Shown piece after piece: positions 45,486-55,072 of a DNA stretch of 64,000 bases. This stretch comes from a virus (Duplodnaviria > Caudoviricetes). Positions within the stretch are counted from its first letter, which is position 1. Each line of letters opens with the position of its first letter. The stretch lies in IMG/VR virus record IMGVR_UViG_3300033407_000005, positions 11,735 to 75,734 of that record; one strand, 5' to 3'. The notes beneath the pieces are model-generated. The model was not told the DNA's origin and made no database searches. It saw only the letters and a list, made by a program, of their open reading frames with translations. The position numbers and the translations under genes are program-made.

Positions 45486-46080
45486 GAGTGATCTTAACAC
45501 CGATCCGTGGATTCAGGCCAATTCCCCGCTGCCAGCCGACAAGTTGCACGCCATCGGCGTCATTGCCTTTCGCTGGGGCCGGTGCGAGTTAGGGCTGTTC
45601 CTGCTTCTCTCTGCCGTCGCTAAACTATCGCGCCGAGACGTGTGGGGTATGACACACGATCTAGGGGATGTCTCGATTTGCGACAAAATCCATACGTTCG
45701 CGCTTCGCCGAGGCTATCACCCCGATGGGCTCGCCCTGATCAAGAATGCGCTGGCGCTCTACGATAGGTGCCGGCAAAACCGTAATACGGTTGTCCATGC
45801 ATGGACATTTTCGCGTAGCCTTGACCCGCCGTTGGCGCGGAGAAGCCGGAAAGCGATTGAACCGGAGCCGACACCATTTCCAAGTTCGCTCGCCGATCTC
45901 CGGCGCGTCGCCGACGATATCGGCGGTCTCGAAACTAGGTTGTGGTTGCTCGACTGCCTTCTTGAAGAGGGCATGCTGAACGGGCCAATAACATTCCCCG
46001 GAATACAGCCTCTGCCTGAAATTCTCTCGACGCCTCCCCAGCCGTATAGCAAAGAACATTCGCGCCCGCCTCGATCATAG
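45484..46080 (+). CDS. Passenger hypothetical protein
   Basis: AIGVIAFRWGRCE...RQNRNTVVHAW helical-bundle pattern, lower GC. Confidence 0.7.
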   Translation: MSDLNTDPWIQANSPLPADKLHAIGVIAFRWGRCELGLFLLLSAVAKLSRRDVWGMTHDLGDVSICDKIHTFALRRGYHPDGLALIKNALALYDRCRQNRNTVVHAWTFSRSLDPPLARRSRKAIEPEPTPFPSSLADLRRVADDIGGLETRLWLLDCLLEEGMLNGPITFPGIQPLPEILSTPPQPYSKEHSRPPRS

Positions 46081-46166
46081 CCTCCGTGATCTCAATCTCA
46101 TCCGCCCCGGCCTGTCGGCTGTCGTCTACCATATCTAGCACCTGTTATGCAAAAGCTATAATTCCC

Positions 46167-46240
46167 CCTTCCAGATACGTCCGCGCAGTTTCCTGATCCG
46201 GGAACATCGCGAAAAGCTGAAAGGTTGAAAGGTTGCTGGA
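46167..46240 (-). pseudogene. IS1595 transposase N-terminal fragment
   Basis: Manual translation LSTFQLFAMFPDQETARTYLEG, cut off at a GGGAATTATA TIR. Confidence 0.7.
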
Positions 46241-46244
46241 CTAA

Positions 46245-47030
46245 TTACGCTGCGAGCGGCGCTAGGTCATTCTTCCATTGCGCGTCATCGTCCCCACACG
46301 GCCTCCCCTCATCGGGGCAGCGTCGCGAGAAAACGAACTTCAATTCTTCGCTCACATCAAAAACAGGACTGATCCGCAAGTCAAAGAACAGCTTTCTTAT
46401 AGCCTCCAATGCTTTTTGCGCATCGTCTGGCGTCACCTCTTTCCTCGGTCCCAAGCGCACCGCATCTAAGATATTCTTGTCGCGCAGAACGCTGGCGACG
46501 AAAACATATCCCCTGTAGACTTTTTCAGTTGCTATAGACATGGTCTTTTGCCCAGTCTCGCACCTACTGTAATGCTCCGGGGTAAGTTCTAGCGCGCGCG
46601 CTAGAGCTTTCGACTGTAAGCATAGCGCTGACCGGATGAACTTCAAATCAGCTCCGGACAACTTGCGCGGGTGCGATACCCGCGACTGTACGATCGCCGC
46701 CATAAGCCCAGGCAGATCGGTGATGCTCGTCATCATTTTCCCGGACGCCGGGTCAGGCGTTATCTCAAAGCCGTTCGTCAGGTACACTTCGAACGGAGAA
46801 CCGATAGACTTGGCATGGTAATGACCTGCAACAGGACCGCTGCCGGCCAAGTCATGCTGCATGATCTCGTTCATTGTAACTGATGCAGTACCAAAAATGC
46901 TGGTTAGTGACACGCCGCCAAGATCATCCTCGCAGAAGCGAGTAATGCGATCGGTACCGTGGAAGCTGACAAACTCGCGCAACCACGTCTCCTCATGAGG
47001 AAAATTCTTGACCTTCCGACGTTCGCCACC
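46245..47030 (-). CDS. XRE-HTH protein, MqsA/HigA-like antitoxin with N-terminal extension
   Basis: VYLTNGF...ITDLPGLMAAI...LSGADLKFIRSAL...EHYSRCETG. Confidence 0.7.
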   Translation of the reverse strand, partial: GGERRKVKNFPHEETWLREFVSFHGTDRITRFCEDDLGGVSLTSIFGTASVTMNEIMQHDLAGSGPVAGHYHAKSIGSPFEVYLTNGFEITPDPASGKMMTSITDLPGLMAAIVQSRVSHPRKLSGADLKFIRSALCLQSKALARALELTPEHYSRCETGQKTMSIATEKVYRGYVFVASVLRDKNILDAVRLGPRKEVTPDDAQKALEAIRKLFFDLRISPVFDVSEELKFVFSRRCPDEGRPCGDDDAQWKNDLAPLAA

Positions 47031-47089
47031 TTTGGCCATCCCGGCCCCCTCTCGTGGAGCCATCCCGTTAACAACCAATTGATCTTAGA

Positions 47090-47323
47090 TCAAGAGCGAT
47101 CCTTGCGCCAGCGTTCTTTCGCAGCTTTTCTGGCAATTTCTAGGCGTTTTTCTGGCGACATTCCCGCCGCTCGTGCCTTGCCGCCTCGGCTCCCAAGCGC
47201 GGCTGCCGCAGATTTTGCCGAATCGACTTCCTCGGTTTCCTCGCCGGTCGCGATCCGCATGACCTTGACGGCCGCGCCGATCACGTCGGCGGGGCGCTTC
47301 TCGCCTCGGGGTCCGCGCGGCAT
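47090..47323 (-). CDS. Small basic KGG-like protein typical of IS1-family neighbourhoods
   Basis: MPRGPRGEKRPADVIG...GSRGGKARA...EIARKAAKERW. Confidence 0.8.
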   Translation of the reverse strand: MPRGPRGEKRPADVIGAAVKVMRIATGEETEEVDSAKSAAAALGSRGGKARAAGMSPEKRLEIARKAAKERWRKDRS

Positions 47324-47325
47324 GG

Positions 47326-47529
47326 CTACTGGTTCCCTTGCGGATTGGCGGCCATGAACTTGCCGACATCATAGTCCTGACCGGTTTCGGCATCCGTCAT
47401 GGTGAGGAGGGGGTAGCCTTGCGCGCGCATAGAATGGAACCGAAAGATCGCCTCGTTCGCGGACAGCGGATCGGATACCGCCCGTTTCCCGTCCAGTGTG
47501 CCGCCTACCACGATGTTTTGATCGTGCCT
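47326..47529 (-). CDS. Passenger hypothetical protein
   Basis: RBS ggag; coupled to the next ORF. Confidence 0.55.
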   Translation of the reverse strand, partial: RHDQNIVVGGTLDGKRAVSDPLSANEAIFRFHSMRAQGYPLLTMTDAETGQDYDVGKFMAANPQGNQ

Positions 47530-47794
47530 CATGCCACTCCGCTCCATGCTTTCCGGTAGCATATGGGAACGAAACGGCCAGCGCGACACCCGCGTCAAGG
47601 GCTGTTACATTCAAACTGAGACACTACCAAATACACCACCAGAACGATCCCGTCGACGATGCCGTAGAGATCGTGACTACCGCAGCGCGGGCACAGCATG
47701 GCGCCGCAATCGGCGCACAGCAGCACCCGGAGTTCGCCGGGCCGGCCGGGTGGCCGGTCGGCGCGGCAGCCGCATGTGGCGCAGACGCAGGGCA

Positions 47795-48151
47795 TCAGCC
47801 CCGGACCTGCAATTCGTAGGCGACCAGCACGCCGGCGACCCGCCGCGTCGAATCATCGGCGGCCATGATCGCCATCGCTTCGCCGCGCACCACAACCCGG
47901 TCGTTCGTGGTCACCGGCAGCGCAAATTGCGCATCGATCAGATCGTCCGCCAGGAGGACGATTTTCCGGTCGCCCTGCTGAATGGTGCCGATCAGCTCGT
48001 GCGGCTCATAGCCGGTGACCCGGCCCTTGGCCGCGGTATCGAAGAACGGCGGGTTCGCGCCGGCGCCGGTATACCGGCGGATGTACACCACCTCGCCGAC
48101 CTCATCGAATGCCCGGCGATAGTCCGCCCTGATCTCGTCCGCCAGCGTCAT
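47795..48151 (-). CDS. Head-tail adaptor
   Basis: IQQGDRKIVLLA...NDRVVVRG. Confidence 0.8.
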   Translation of the reverse strand: MTLADEIRADYRRAFDEVGEVVYIRRYTGAGANPPFFDTAAKGRVTGYEPHELIGTIQQGDRKIVLLADDLIDAQFALPVTTNDRVVVRGEAMAIMAADDSTRRVAGVLVAYELQVRG

Positions 48152-48576
48152 CGGACCGCGGCGCGGACGCTGATCGTGGTGTTGCCGGCATAGACCCCGG
48201 TACTGGTGTACTTGGCCCGCAGCCGGTCGCCGAGGATGCCGTCGAGCACGCCCTCCGCCGAGAGAACCGCGACATCGGCGACCGCGACCGGGGTCAACCC
48301 CGAGAGGTTGGCGCGCTTGGCCTTGCCCGCCGTCGCAAAGTCGAACCGGGCGATGTCGATCCAATTGACCGTGTCGAGGCACGTCTGCACGATGACGATC
48401 AAGGTTGTTCCGCCCGAACCATAGGTCAGGTTGCAGAACAGCGTCGCGGCGGCCATCCAGTCGAGCCCGTCGATGAACTCCTGCACGACGCCCTGGCTCG
48501 ATACGCCGGACGTGATAACCTCGTCGGTCAGCGCCGCGGTTATCGCCCGGTCGCCGAGATTGTAGATCCCGCTCAT
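48148..48576 (-). CDS. Virion structural protein, hypothetical
   Basis: YGSGGTT..VQT.LD..NWIDIARFDF jelly-roll-like pattern. Confidence 0.7.
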   Translation of the reverse strand: MSGIYNLGDRAITAALTDEVITSGVSSQGVVQEFIDGLDWMAAATLFCNLTYGSGGTTLIVIVQTCLDTVNWIDIARFDFATAGKAKRANLSGLTPVAVADVAVLSAEGVLDGILGDRLRAKYTSTGVYAGNTTISVRAAVR

Positions 48577-48589
48577 CGCGCCCCCTGTC

Positions 48590-50437
48590 TCATCGCCGGC
48601 TGCGGCGGGCCCCGAGGTGACCGAGGCTCCTCAATGCGCCCCACTGCGGCGCGATCGACTCGCGGGCGCCCGGCCTGATCTCCGCCCGGCCGAGAAACCT
48701 GCCGGGGCGCCGTGTTGCCGCCTGCGCCGCAATGGCGACCGGCGACGGCAAGAAGCCGGCAAGCGCAAGGGCGTCCAGCGTTGCCGTTGACAAGACAATC
48801 AACTCACAGGCGCCGCCGATCGCCGCGTCCCCGGCGAGATCGGCGACCGGGGCAACACTCAGCCCGGCGATTCCGCTCAAGACAGCCGCGCCGGTCAGTT
48901 GCGACGCCGGCGCGAAACCCAGGCCGGCAAAACCGGCGAGCGGCACCGCAACAGCCAGACCGGCGGCCACGGCGAAGCCGAAATCGGCGGCGCCGGCAAG
49001 GGTCAGGGCACCGTCCAGCGCCACCGTCGGCGAAAAGCCCAGACCAGCCGCCGCCGCGAGCGCGCCCGCGCCGCCGATGGTTCCGGCCGGGCTGAAATTC
49101 AGCGCCGCGGCGCCCGCCAGCGGCAAGGCGCCCGCCAGGTCCGCATCCGCCGTAAAGACCAGATCGCCGGAACCGGCGAGGGCTGCGTCTCCTATCAGCC
49201 CGCCCGCGGCGACAAAGGACAGCGCAACTACGCCGGCCAGATCGCCGCCGGCCCCCGCCGTCAGATCGGCGGTCGGAGCAAAACCGAAATCTGCCGAAAC
49301 GGCCAAGGTTGCGGCGCCGGCCAGCAGCCCCGCGGGGGCGAACCCCACCCCCGCGATTGCCGCGAGGGTGGCCGCGCCATCGAGCGCCGCCGACCCGGCA
49401 AACGCGAGGCCCGACGCGCCGGCAAGCGTCGCCGCACCGTCCAGCCCTGCGGCCGGCGCGAAGATCAGCCCGGCATCCCCGGCCAGCGCCGCGGTCGTTC
49501 CGATGTCGGCATCGGCCGAGAAAATCATCGCCGACGCGCCGCCGACCGGTGCAGCCCCGATCAGAACGGCCAGCGGAGCGAATGCCATCCCCGCGGTTGC
49601 CGCGAGGGTGGCAGCGCCATCGAGCGCCGCAGACCCGGCAAACGCGATGTCCGAGGCGCCGGCAAGCGTCGCCGCACCGTCCAGCCCTGCGGCCGGCGCG
49701 AAGATCAGCCCGGCATCCCCGGCCAGCGCCGCGGTCGTTCCGATGTCGGCGTCGGCCGAGAAAATCATCGCCGACGCGCCGGCGACCGGCGCCGCCCCGG
49801 TCAGAGCGGCCACCGGAGCGAATGCGAGGCTCGATGCTCCCGCCAGCGGGGCAGCGCCAGCCAGGGAAGCGGCCGGGGCGAAGCCGAGCGCCGCGACGCC
49901 CGCCAGCGCCGCGCTGCCGGCCGCAACGGTGATCGACGGCACTACCGTCGCCGCAATCGCCGTACCGGCGAGCTCGACGACCTTCAGGGTTATCGTCTCT
50001 CCAGGGGCCGTGTCGGCGTCGACGATCTGAAGCCCGAACTCGTATTCGGTGTTGCGGTTGCCGACCAGATCGACATCGGTCGAGGTCGAGCCATCCTCGG
50101 AATAGCGTCCGACCGTGTAGATGCCCGTTCCCGATAAGCGCTGCGTCGTGACCGCCGCCTCATCGGCGTCCGTGCCGGCATCGACCGCCTTGACGATGGT
50201 CGAGCTGGTAGTGACATCGAAGAACAAGCCGCCTTCGTGGTTCGCCTGCAGCTTGACGGTGTGCGCCGCCGGGTTGCCGCCCGCCGTTTCCTGGATCGTG
50301 ACGCGGACGCGAATGTTGGTGTCCGCCGCCTGAGACCAGTCCGCGTCTTCGTTCGCGCCCCAGGTCGGGGTATCCTCGACGGCACCGCCATCGGTGCGGA
50401 CCCGGAAGTGCGATTGCGAGAGAACCGCTACCGTCAT
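48590..50437 (-). CDS. Ala/Gly-rich repeat virion protein
   Basis: About 20-aa LAGxAxLxF repeats; 240-bp tandem duplication at about 49365-49790. Confidence 0.75.
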   Translation of the reverse strand: MTVAVLSQSHFRVRTDGGAVEDTPTWGANEDADWSQAADTNIRVRVTIQETAGGNPAAHTVKLQANHEGGLFFDVTTSSTIVKAVDAGTDADEAAVTTQRLSGTGIYTVGRYSEDGSTSTDVDLVGNRNTEYEFGLQIVDADTAPGETITLKVVELAGTAIAATVVPSITVAAGSAALAGVAALGFAPAASLAGAAPLAGASSLAFAPVAALTGAAPVAGASAMIFSADADIGTTAALAGDAGLIFAPAAGLDGAATLAGASDIAFAGSAALDGAATLAATAGMAFAPLAVLIGAAPVGGASAMIFSADADIGTTAALAGDAGLIFAPAAGLDGAATLAGASGLAFAGSAALDGAATLAAIAGVGFAPAGLLAGAATLAVSADFGFAPTADLTAGAGGDLAGVVALSFVAAGGLIGDAALAGSGDLVFTADADLAGALPLAGAAALNFSPAGTIGGAGALAAAAGLGFSPTVALDGALTLAGAADFGFAVAAGLAVAVPLAGFAGLGFAPASQLTGAAVLSGIAGLSVAPVADLAGDAAIGGACELIVLSTATLDALALAGFLPSPVAIAAQAATRRPGRFLGRAEIRPGARESIAPQWGALRSLGHLGARRSRR

Positions 50438-50805
50438 GGTTTAGGCTCGGCGCGCTCCAAGGCGTCCCGCGAGCTGCGCGGCGGCAGTCGCGGGTCGCTA
50501 TCGGCCGCGTTGTAGATGGCGTAAAAAGTCCGCGGCGACACGTGGCGGCCGATCAGCACCGTCTTTTCCTTGCCCGGACGGGTCAGGTAGTCGATCAGCC
50601 CGACAAAATCGCAGCTGATCCACTCCGTGTCCCAGACGTAGTAATCGGTGCCGTGCCAGATCATCCGCCCGTGATCGGCCGAGTAGGCGGCGATGCACAT
50701 GACCCCCCAGCGCGGCGCCTCGTGCGGCTCGCCATCCCGGTCGGTGAACGACGACCCGTCGTCGTACCAGACGATCCACCGGTGCGGCGGCGGCGGCACG
50801 GCCAC
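50434..50805 (-). CDS. Trp-rich hypothetical protein
   Basis: WIVWYDDGSSF... Confidence 0.7.
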   Translation of the reverse strand: MAVPPPPHRWIVWYDDGSSFTDRDGEPHEAPRWGVMCIAAYSADHGRMIWHGTDYYVWDTEWISCDFVGLIDYLTRPGKEKTVLIGRHVSPRTFYAIYNAADSDPRLPPRSSRDALERAEPKP

Positions 50806-50808
50806 CCC

Positions 50809-51060
50809 TTATCCCCGCGTCACCCCGGGGCCGCGCGAGGCGTCATGCAGGGTGCCGATCAGGCTCCAGTGGTGCGAGGTGTCGCCGGCGAAGCGCTTGG
50901 CCTCCTTGGCCCGCATCCGCACCCACTGCGACAACAGGAGCGCCGTCTCGTAGGGCAGCCGCACCTCGATATTGCCGAGATGCATGACGACATTCTCGCC
51001 CTCGCTCTCGACGGCGATGCGCTGCTGCGTCAGCAGTTCGTTTCGGACGATGGCGACCAT
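50809..51060 (-). CDS. Small hypothetical protein
   Basis: MVAIVRNE...; partly duplicated at 51637-51735. Confidence 0.6.
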   Translation of the reverse strand: MVAIVRNELLTQQRIAVESEGENVVMHLGNIEVRLPYETALLLSQWVRMRAKEAKRFAGDTSHHWSLIGTLHDASRGPGVTRG

Positions 51061-51065
51061 GAAAA

Positions 51066-51605
51066 TCAGTCCCAAAACGCGGCGAGGCCGCCATCGACAT
51101 GCCAACGCAACCCGTGCAGCGGGCAAACAATCGTGCCATCGCTCTCGACCGGACACGATCCTAAGGGCATGCCCTGATGAGGACACACCGGACGACCGTA
51201 ACGTCCGACCGAGATCCGGGACCCGGCGTAGGTCTTTTCGAGCTCGGGGAAAAATAGTGGCCGCAGCGCGTATGACCATTGGGCAAAACCAGCGACGTCA
51301 AACCGGCACTGCCGACGCCGCCATTCCAACCTCGGCTTCTCCGAAACCAGCATCACCATCACTGTTGTGTTCCGCGTCCGCCAATGGTCTCCACGGCCGC
51401 ACGATCTCCACTGCGCGGCAGTCAAAAACCTCGCATCAATGTGAAAATGCAGACACTCAACACCGAGTGAGGGATCGCTGTGCATCGGGCCTATGACGGG
51501 CCACCAGGCTCTTTGTCCTCGCCAGTGGCTCAGGACGGTCGGAACTAGGTAATTCTCACCTATTACGGGAGGCACGCGCAATTCGTCGATCCGCTGCTGC
51601 GTCAT
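51066..51605 (-). CDS. Rieske-type [2Fe-2S] motif protein
   Basis: CPHQGMPL...VCPLHGLRW (CxH...CxxH). Confidence 0.75.
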   Translation of the reverse strand: MTQQRIDELRVPPVIGENYLVPTVLSHWRGQRAWWPVIGPMHSDPSLGVECLHFHIDARFLTAAQWRSCGRGDHWRTRNTTVMVMLVSEKPRLEWRRRQCRFDVAGFAQWSYALRPLFFPELEKTYAGSRISVGRYGRPVCPHQGMPLGSCPVESDGTIVCPLHGLRWHVDGGLAAFWD

Positions 51606-51872
51606 CTGACGATGGCGACCATGACAATCAATCAGTACCCACTGCGACAACAGGAGCGCCGTCTCGTAGGGCGCACCTCGATATTGCCGAGATGCATGAC
51701 GACATCGGCGCCCTCGCTCTCGACGGCGATGCGCTGGCGCTGGAGGATGGCGTTATTGACGACGGCTGTTTTCGGGCGGTATCGTTCGGCCGCCCATGGC
51801 GTCAGAGTCTTCAGGCTCTCAGCCATCGTTGCGATAACTTCGCTAGAATCATTCCCTTCTTCCATTTCTTCC

Positions 51873-52313
51873 TCAATCCAGGCTAATATCAAGCGCACCG
51901 GCGGCGAAACTCGGGGTAATCCCCTCGTTGATGATCCGCGACGCCGTGAGCGCGCCGAACAGGAACAGATTGCCGGCGGCGGACGAATCGGAGCCCAGAC
52001 CGAAATCCGTCACGGTCGAGCCGGTCGCGCCGCATTCCGGGAAGCCGATCGCGTTGTCGTTGTCGGCGGTGTTGCCGCTCACGGTCCACTGCGTCGTGTC
52101 GCGCGCCTCGTCCTGCCGCGCGTAGTTGGTATAGGCGCTCTCGGAGGTCGTCTGATCGCCGGTCTCGCCGGGCGATCCTGTGTGCAGCGATATCCAGAAG
52201 ACTCCCGCGGAGGCCGAGGGCAACAGCCCGCCGGCATCGCCGACATTCGTCGCCGCGGCATTGGTGATGATCAGCCCGAGCAGGCTGGTCTCAAAGGCGT
52301 TTGTCGCACTCAT
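51873..52313 (-). CDS. Virion structural protein (head/tail fibre-like)
   Basis: WISLHTGSPGE...YARQ...I.FP...ITPSFAAGALDI family. Confidence 0.8.
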   Translation of the reverse strand: MSATNAFETSLLGLIITNAAATNVGDAGGLLPSASAGVFWISLHTGSPGETGDQTTSESAYTNYARQDEARDTTQWTVSGNTADNDNAIGFPECGATGSTVTDFGLGSDSSAAGNLFLFGALTASRIINEGITPSFAAGALDISLD

Positions 52314-52329
52314 GGTCTCACCATCCCTT

Positions 52330-52995
52330 TCACCACACCCTCCACGATCGGTATTGCGACAGCTTCTCGGCCATGTCCAGCGTGATATCCGACGCAACGG
52401 TGGCGTCGACCCAGAATTGCTGCTCCTTGGCCCAGGCGCCGGGAACCTCGGTGCGCTCGCTCCGCATCATCGGGTCGCGCTTGGCGCCGGCCCGCCGCGC
52501 CACCATCTCGGCGGCGACATCGGCGAGCGGCGTCGGCACCGTGGCGAAGCCGGCCTGATAGGTCACCACGACCAGGTTCGCCGACCAGATGATCCGCTGG
52601 TCGCTGGAGAGGCGGTAAAGCAAGCCCGCCCCGGCATTGACCTCAAAATCGGTGTCCAGAACCAGGGTCTCGTCATCCTCGACGACCGCGACCGTGCCGA
52701 GGAACCGCCGCGCCAGCCTTAACGGCGCCGGGCCATCCGGGGTTTCGGGCCGGCGCAGCACCGGGTACCGGAACGTCTCGATCAGCGTCTCTTGCCGCAG
52801 CGTCACGGGCGTAATGCCGTCGCCCACCAGGTTGCAGCCGCCGGACCCGCAGATGATGTCGGCAACCGTCAGACCGATCGCCGCGAGGTCGATGTCGCGC
52901 GAGGTGTCGGTGGCGGCGAGGCCGGCCGCCGCTCGGAGCTGGGCCGGGGTTAGCAGGGTCCGCGTCGTGGCGGGGACGGATATAGCGAGCGTCAC
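52330..52995 (-). CDS. Head-tail connector (gp6-like)
   Basis: VVVTYQAGFATVPTPL motif. Confidence 0.8.
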   Translation of the reverse strand: MTLAISVPATTRTLLTPAQLRAAAGLAATDTSRDIDLAAIGLTVADIICGSGGCNLVGDGITPVTLRQETLIETFRYPVLRRPETPDGPAPLRLARRFLGTVAVVEDDETLVLDTDFEVNAGAGLLYRLSSDQRIIWSANLVVVTYQAGFATVPTPLADVAAEMVARRAGAKRDPMMRSERTEVPGAWAKEQQFWVDATVASDITLDMAEKLSQYRSWRVW

Positions 52996-53609
52996 GCCGC
53001 CAGCCCGAGATGCCGCTCAGCCCAATCGGCCATCCACGCCTTCCGCCGGCCTCTGAAATGCACAACAACCGGCATCCCCGCCGGATCATCGACATTTGCC
53101 GGTGCCCAATTCCCGTCCTCGGCCCGGATGCGCCTCACGTCGAGCCCGGACGCCCGAACGCAGGCATAGAGCGATGTCTGGTCATCTCCCCACTCTGTCG
53201 GCCTCCAGTCCACAGCAGCCTCCCAAACGGGCGCGCACGCCGGCCCATCCGCGCACCAGATCGCGCCCGTGTTCATCTCGCAGTCGGAAAACGTCGGGCT
53301 CGTGGTGATCGTGATGTCGCCGGCGAGGTATGGGCGCGGATCGCGCGTCAGCAGACAGTCGGCGCCGACGAGGAGCACCGGCCCCGGAGTCGCGGCGAGG
53401 AATTGCCGCTGTCCGTCGAGCAACGCCTGCATGAGGTTGCTCGGCAGATCAAACCGCGCGGTTTCCAACGGCGCCGGGCGCTCGCTGTCGCTGATGACGA
53501 TGTGGCGAAGGCCGAACCGCCGACATGACGCGTCGAGCAGCATCAACAGGGCATCGTAGTCGCAGCCCCAGCGATCCTCGCGTGGGGCAAAGAAACTCGC
53601 TATAATCAT
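52992..53609 (-). CDS. Nucleotide-diphospho-sugar transferase-like protein
   Basis: VLLVGADCLL (DxD-like), NTGAIW, WGDDQTSL, VVHFRGRRK. Confidence 0.7.
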   Translation of the reverse strand: MIIASFFAPREDRWGCDYDALLMLLDASCRRFGLRHIVISDSERPAPLETARFDLPSNLMQALLDGQRQFLAATPGPVLLVGADCLLTRDPRPYLAGDITITTSPTFSDCEMNTGAIWCADGPACAPVWEAAVDWRPTEWGDDQTSLYACVRASGLDVRRIRAEDGNWAPANVDDPAGMPVVVHFRGRRKAWMADWAERHLGLAA

Positions 53610-53733
53610 TTTCAGTCCCTGGGATAGCTCATCCGCTAGAGCGCAGGAGGCGGCGCATAGCAGGTCACGCCTGCGCCGAGTGATCGGTGCCGCAAGTGAG
53701 GGTCGGTAGAAATCCGACGCCCAGGGGCCACCT

Positions 53734-54312
53734 TCACCGTAGCGCCTCCGCCAGTACTTCCGGCAGCCGCCCGTCATCCTTCAGCGCCCGCGGCAGGTCA
53801 TGCCCACCTGACGGCCACTCCCTCATATCAGCGCCCAGCCGTGCCGCGTGCATCGCGTCGAGCGGATCGTTTGCCGCGTAGTGGATGATCGCCTTGGGGT
53901 ACGCGCCCGCGATGTCGCCCGCCGGCGTGTTGCGGCAGAACAGCGGCCAACGATCGTCACCGAGCGCCCGCTTGACCCGCCCGCATGCCGATTGCGGACA
54001 GAGCGCGATAATCCGGTCGGCACCGAGTATGCGGCCGAACATCAGCGCCGCAAACCCGCCGGCCGAGCCGCCGACGAAAGCCGTCCATCTCGCGCCGACT
54101 GCCGCCAGCGCCACCCAGAGCGACGCGGCGGTGAAGGCGACCCCGCGCCGATACCAGCAATCGCCGGGGTCGCGCACACCGATGAAGTTGGCTGGGAAAC
54201 CTGACAATGCCGTCGCCCACTCGAAAATATGGTTGCGTGGCGCGAGGCCGGAAAAGGCCACGACCGTCGCCGGATAGCCGCGATTGTCGATAACGAGATC
54301 AGACCTGAACAT
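53734..54312 (-). CDS. Alpha/beta hydrolase-fold protein
   Basis: GGSAGGFAALMFG nucleophile elbow; Asp and C-terminal His. Confidence 0.75.
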   Translation of the reverse strand: MFRSDLVIDNRGYPATVVAFSGLAPRNHIFEWATALSGFPANFIGVRDPGDCWYRRGVAFTAASLWVALAAVGARWTAFVGGSAGGFAALMFGRILGADRIIALCPQSACGRVKRALGDDRWPLFCRNTPAGDIAGAYPKAIIHYAANDPLDAMHAARLGADMREWPSGGHDLPRALKDDGRLPEVLAEALR

Positions 54313-55072
54313 GAGGGATGCTGCCGCCGGGATCGTCGGGGTACACACGCCGCGGCAGTCCTGCGATCAAGTCGTCATCGGAAAGGAAGCCCATCAGCGC
54401 GCCACAGGCGGGGCCGTTATCCTCGGCCGATCGCGCCTCGACCCGCGCCGGCATGCCCTTGACGGTGGCGCCGACCGGCACATCGCGCGTCACGACCGCG
54501 CCCATCGCCACCGTCGCGCCGACGCCGATCACCACGCCCGGCCGAAGCCGCGCGCCCGCGCCGATCACGCAGTCCGCTCCGATTGTGGCCGGCGTAACGC
54601 CCTTCCACTTGTAGCCGCGGGGCCGATCATCGTTGACCGCGAGCACCTGAACCGAGATGAAGCACCGATCGCCGATCACGGTGCCCCCACTAATGTGCGT
54701 ATCGTCCATGAGCTGGCAATCATCGCCGATCACGGCGTCATAGCCGATCCTGACGCCAACCCCGATCACGCAGCGCTTGCCGATCCGGGCGCCCTCGCGG
54801 ATGTGCGCATAGGGGCAGACCTGCGTGTCCTCGCCGATCGTGGCGCCGGCATAGATGATCGCGTAGGGGCCGATCACGACGCCAGTGGCGATACCGGAGA
54901 AAGGTCGCAGGTTCTCGTCGATCGGTTTTGCAAATGCCTTGCCGCGCATCGGCTGAAACCCAACAATCGCGGTCGAGTGAACCCGCGCACCGTTCGGCAA
55001 CTCCCGCCACGACGGGCCTTCGCCTTCTACAGGGCTTCCGTAATTAACCGAAAGACTCAACATTTTCTCCAC
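54299..55072 (-). CDS. Hexapeptide-repeat (LbH) acyltransferase
   Basis: IGEDTQV...IGKRCVI...IGDDCQ; GATVAMGAVVTRDVP...GMPAR. Confidence 0.9.
   Translation of the reverse strand: MEKMLSLSVNYGSPVEGEGPSWRELPNGARVHSTAIVGFQPMRGKAFAKPIDENLRPFSGIATGVVIGPYAIIYAGATIGEDTQVCPYAHIREGARIGKRCVIGVGVRIGYDAVIGDDCQLMDDTHISGGTVIGDRCFISVQVLAVNDDRPRGYKWKGVTPATIGADCVIGAGARLRPGVVIGVGATVAMGAVVTRDVPVGATVKGMPARVEARSAEDNGPACGALMGFLSDDDLIAGLPRRVYPDDPGGSIPHVQV

Larger units (their letters stand above)
44700..47628. mobile_element. Nested relics of IS1595- and IS1-family elements with passenger genes, no intact transposase
   Basis: TIR-like gggaattatagc (46155-46166, minus), transposase fragment, ggtagtgtctcagtttgaa end (47610-47628), and small ORFs typical of IS neighbours. 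Confidence 0.65.
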
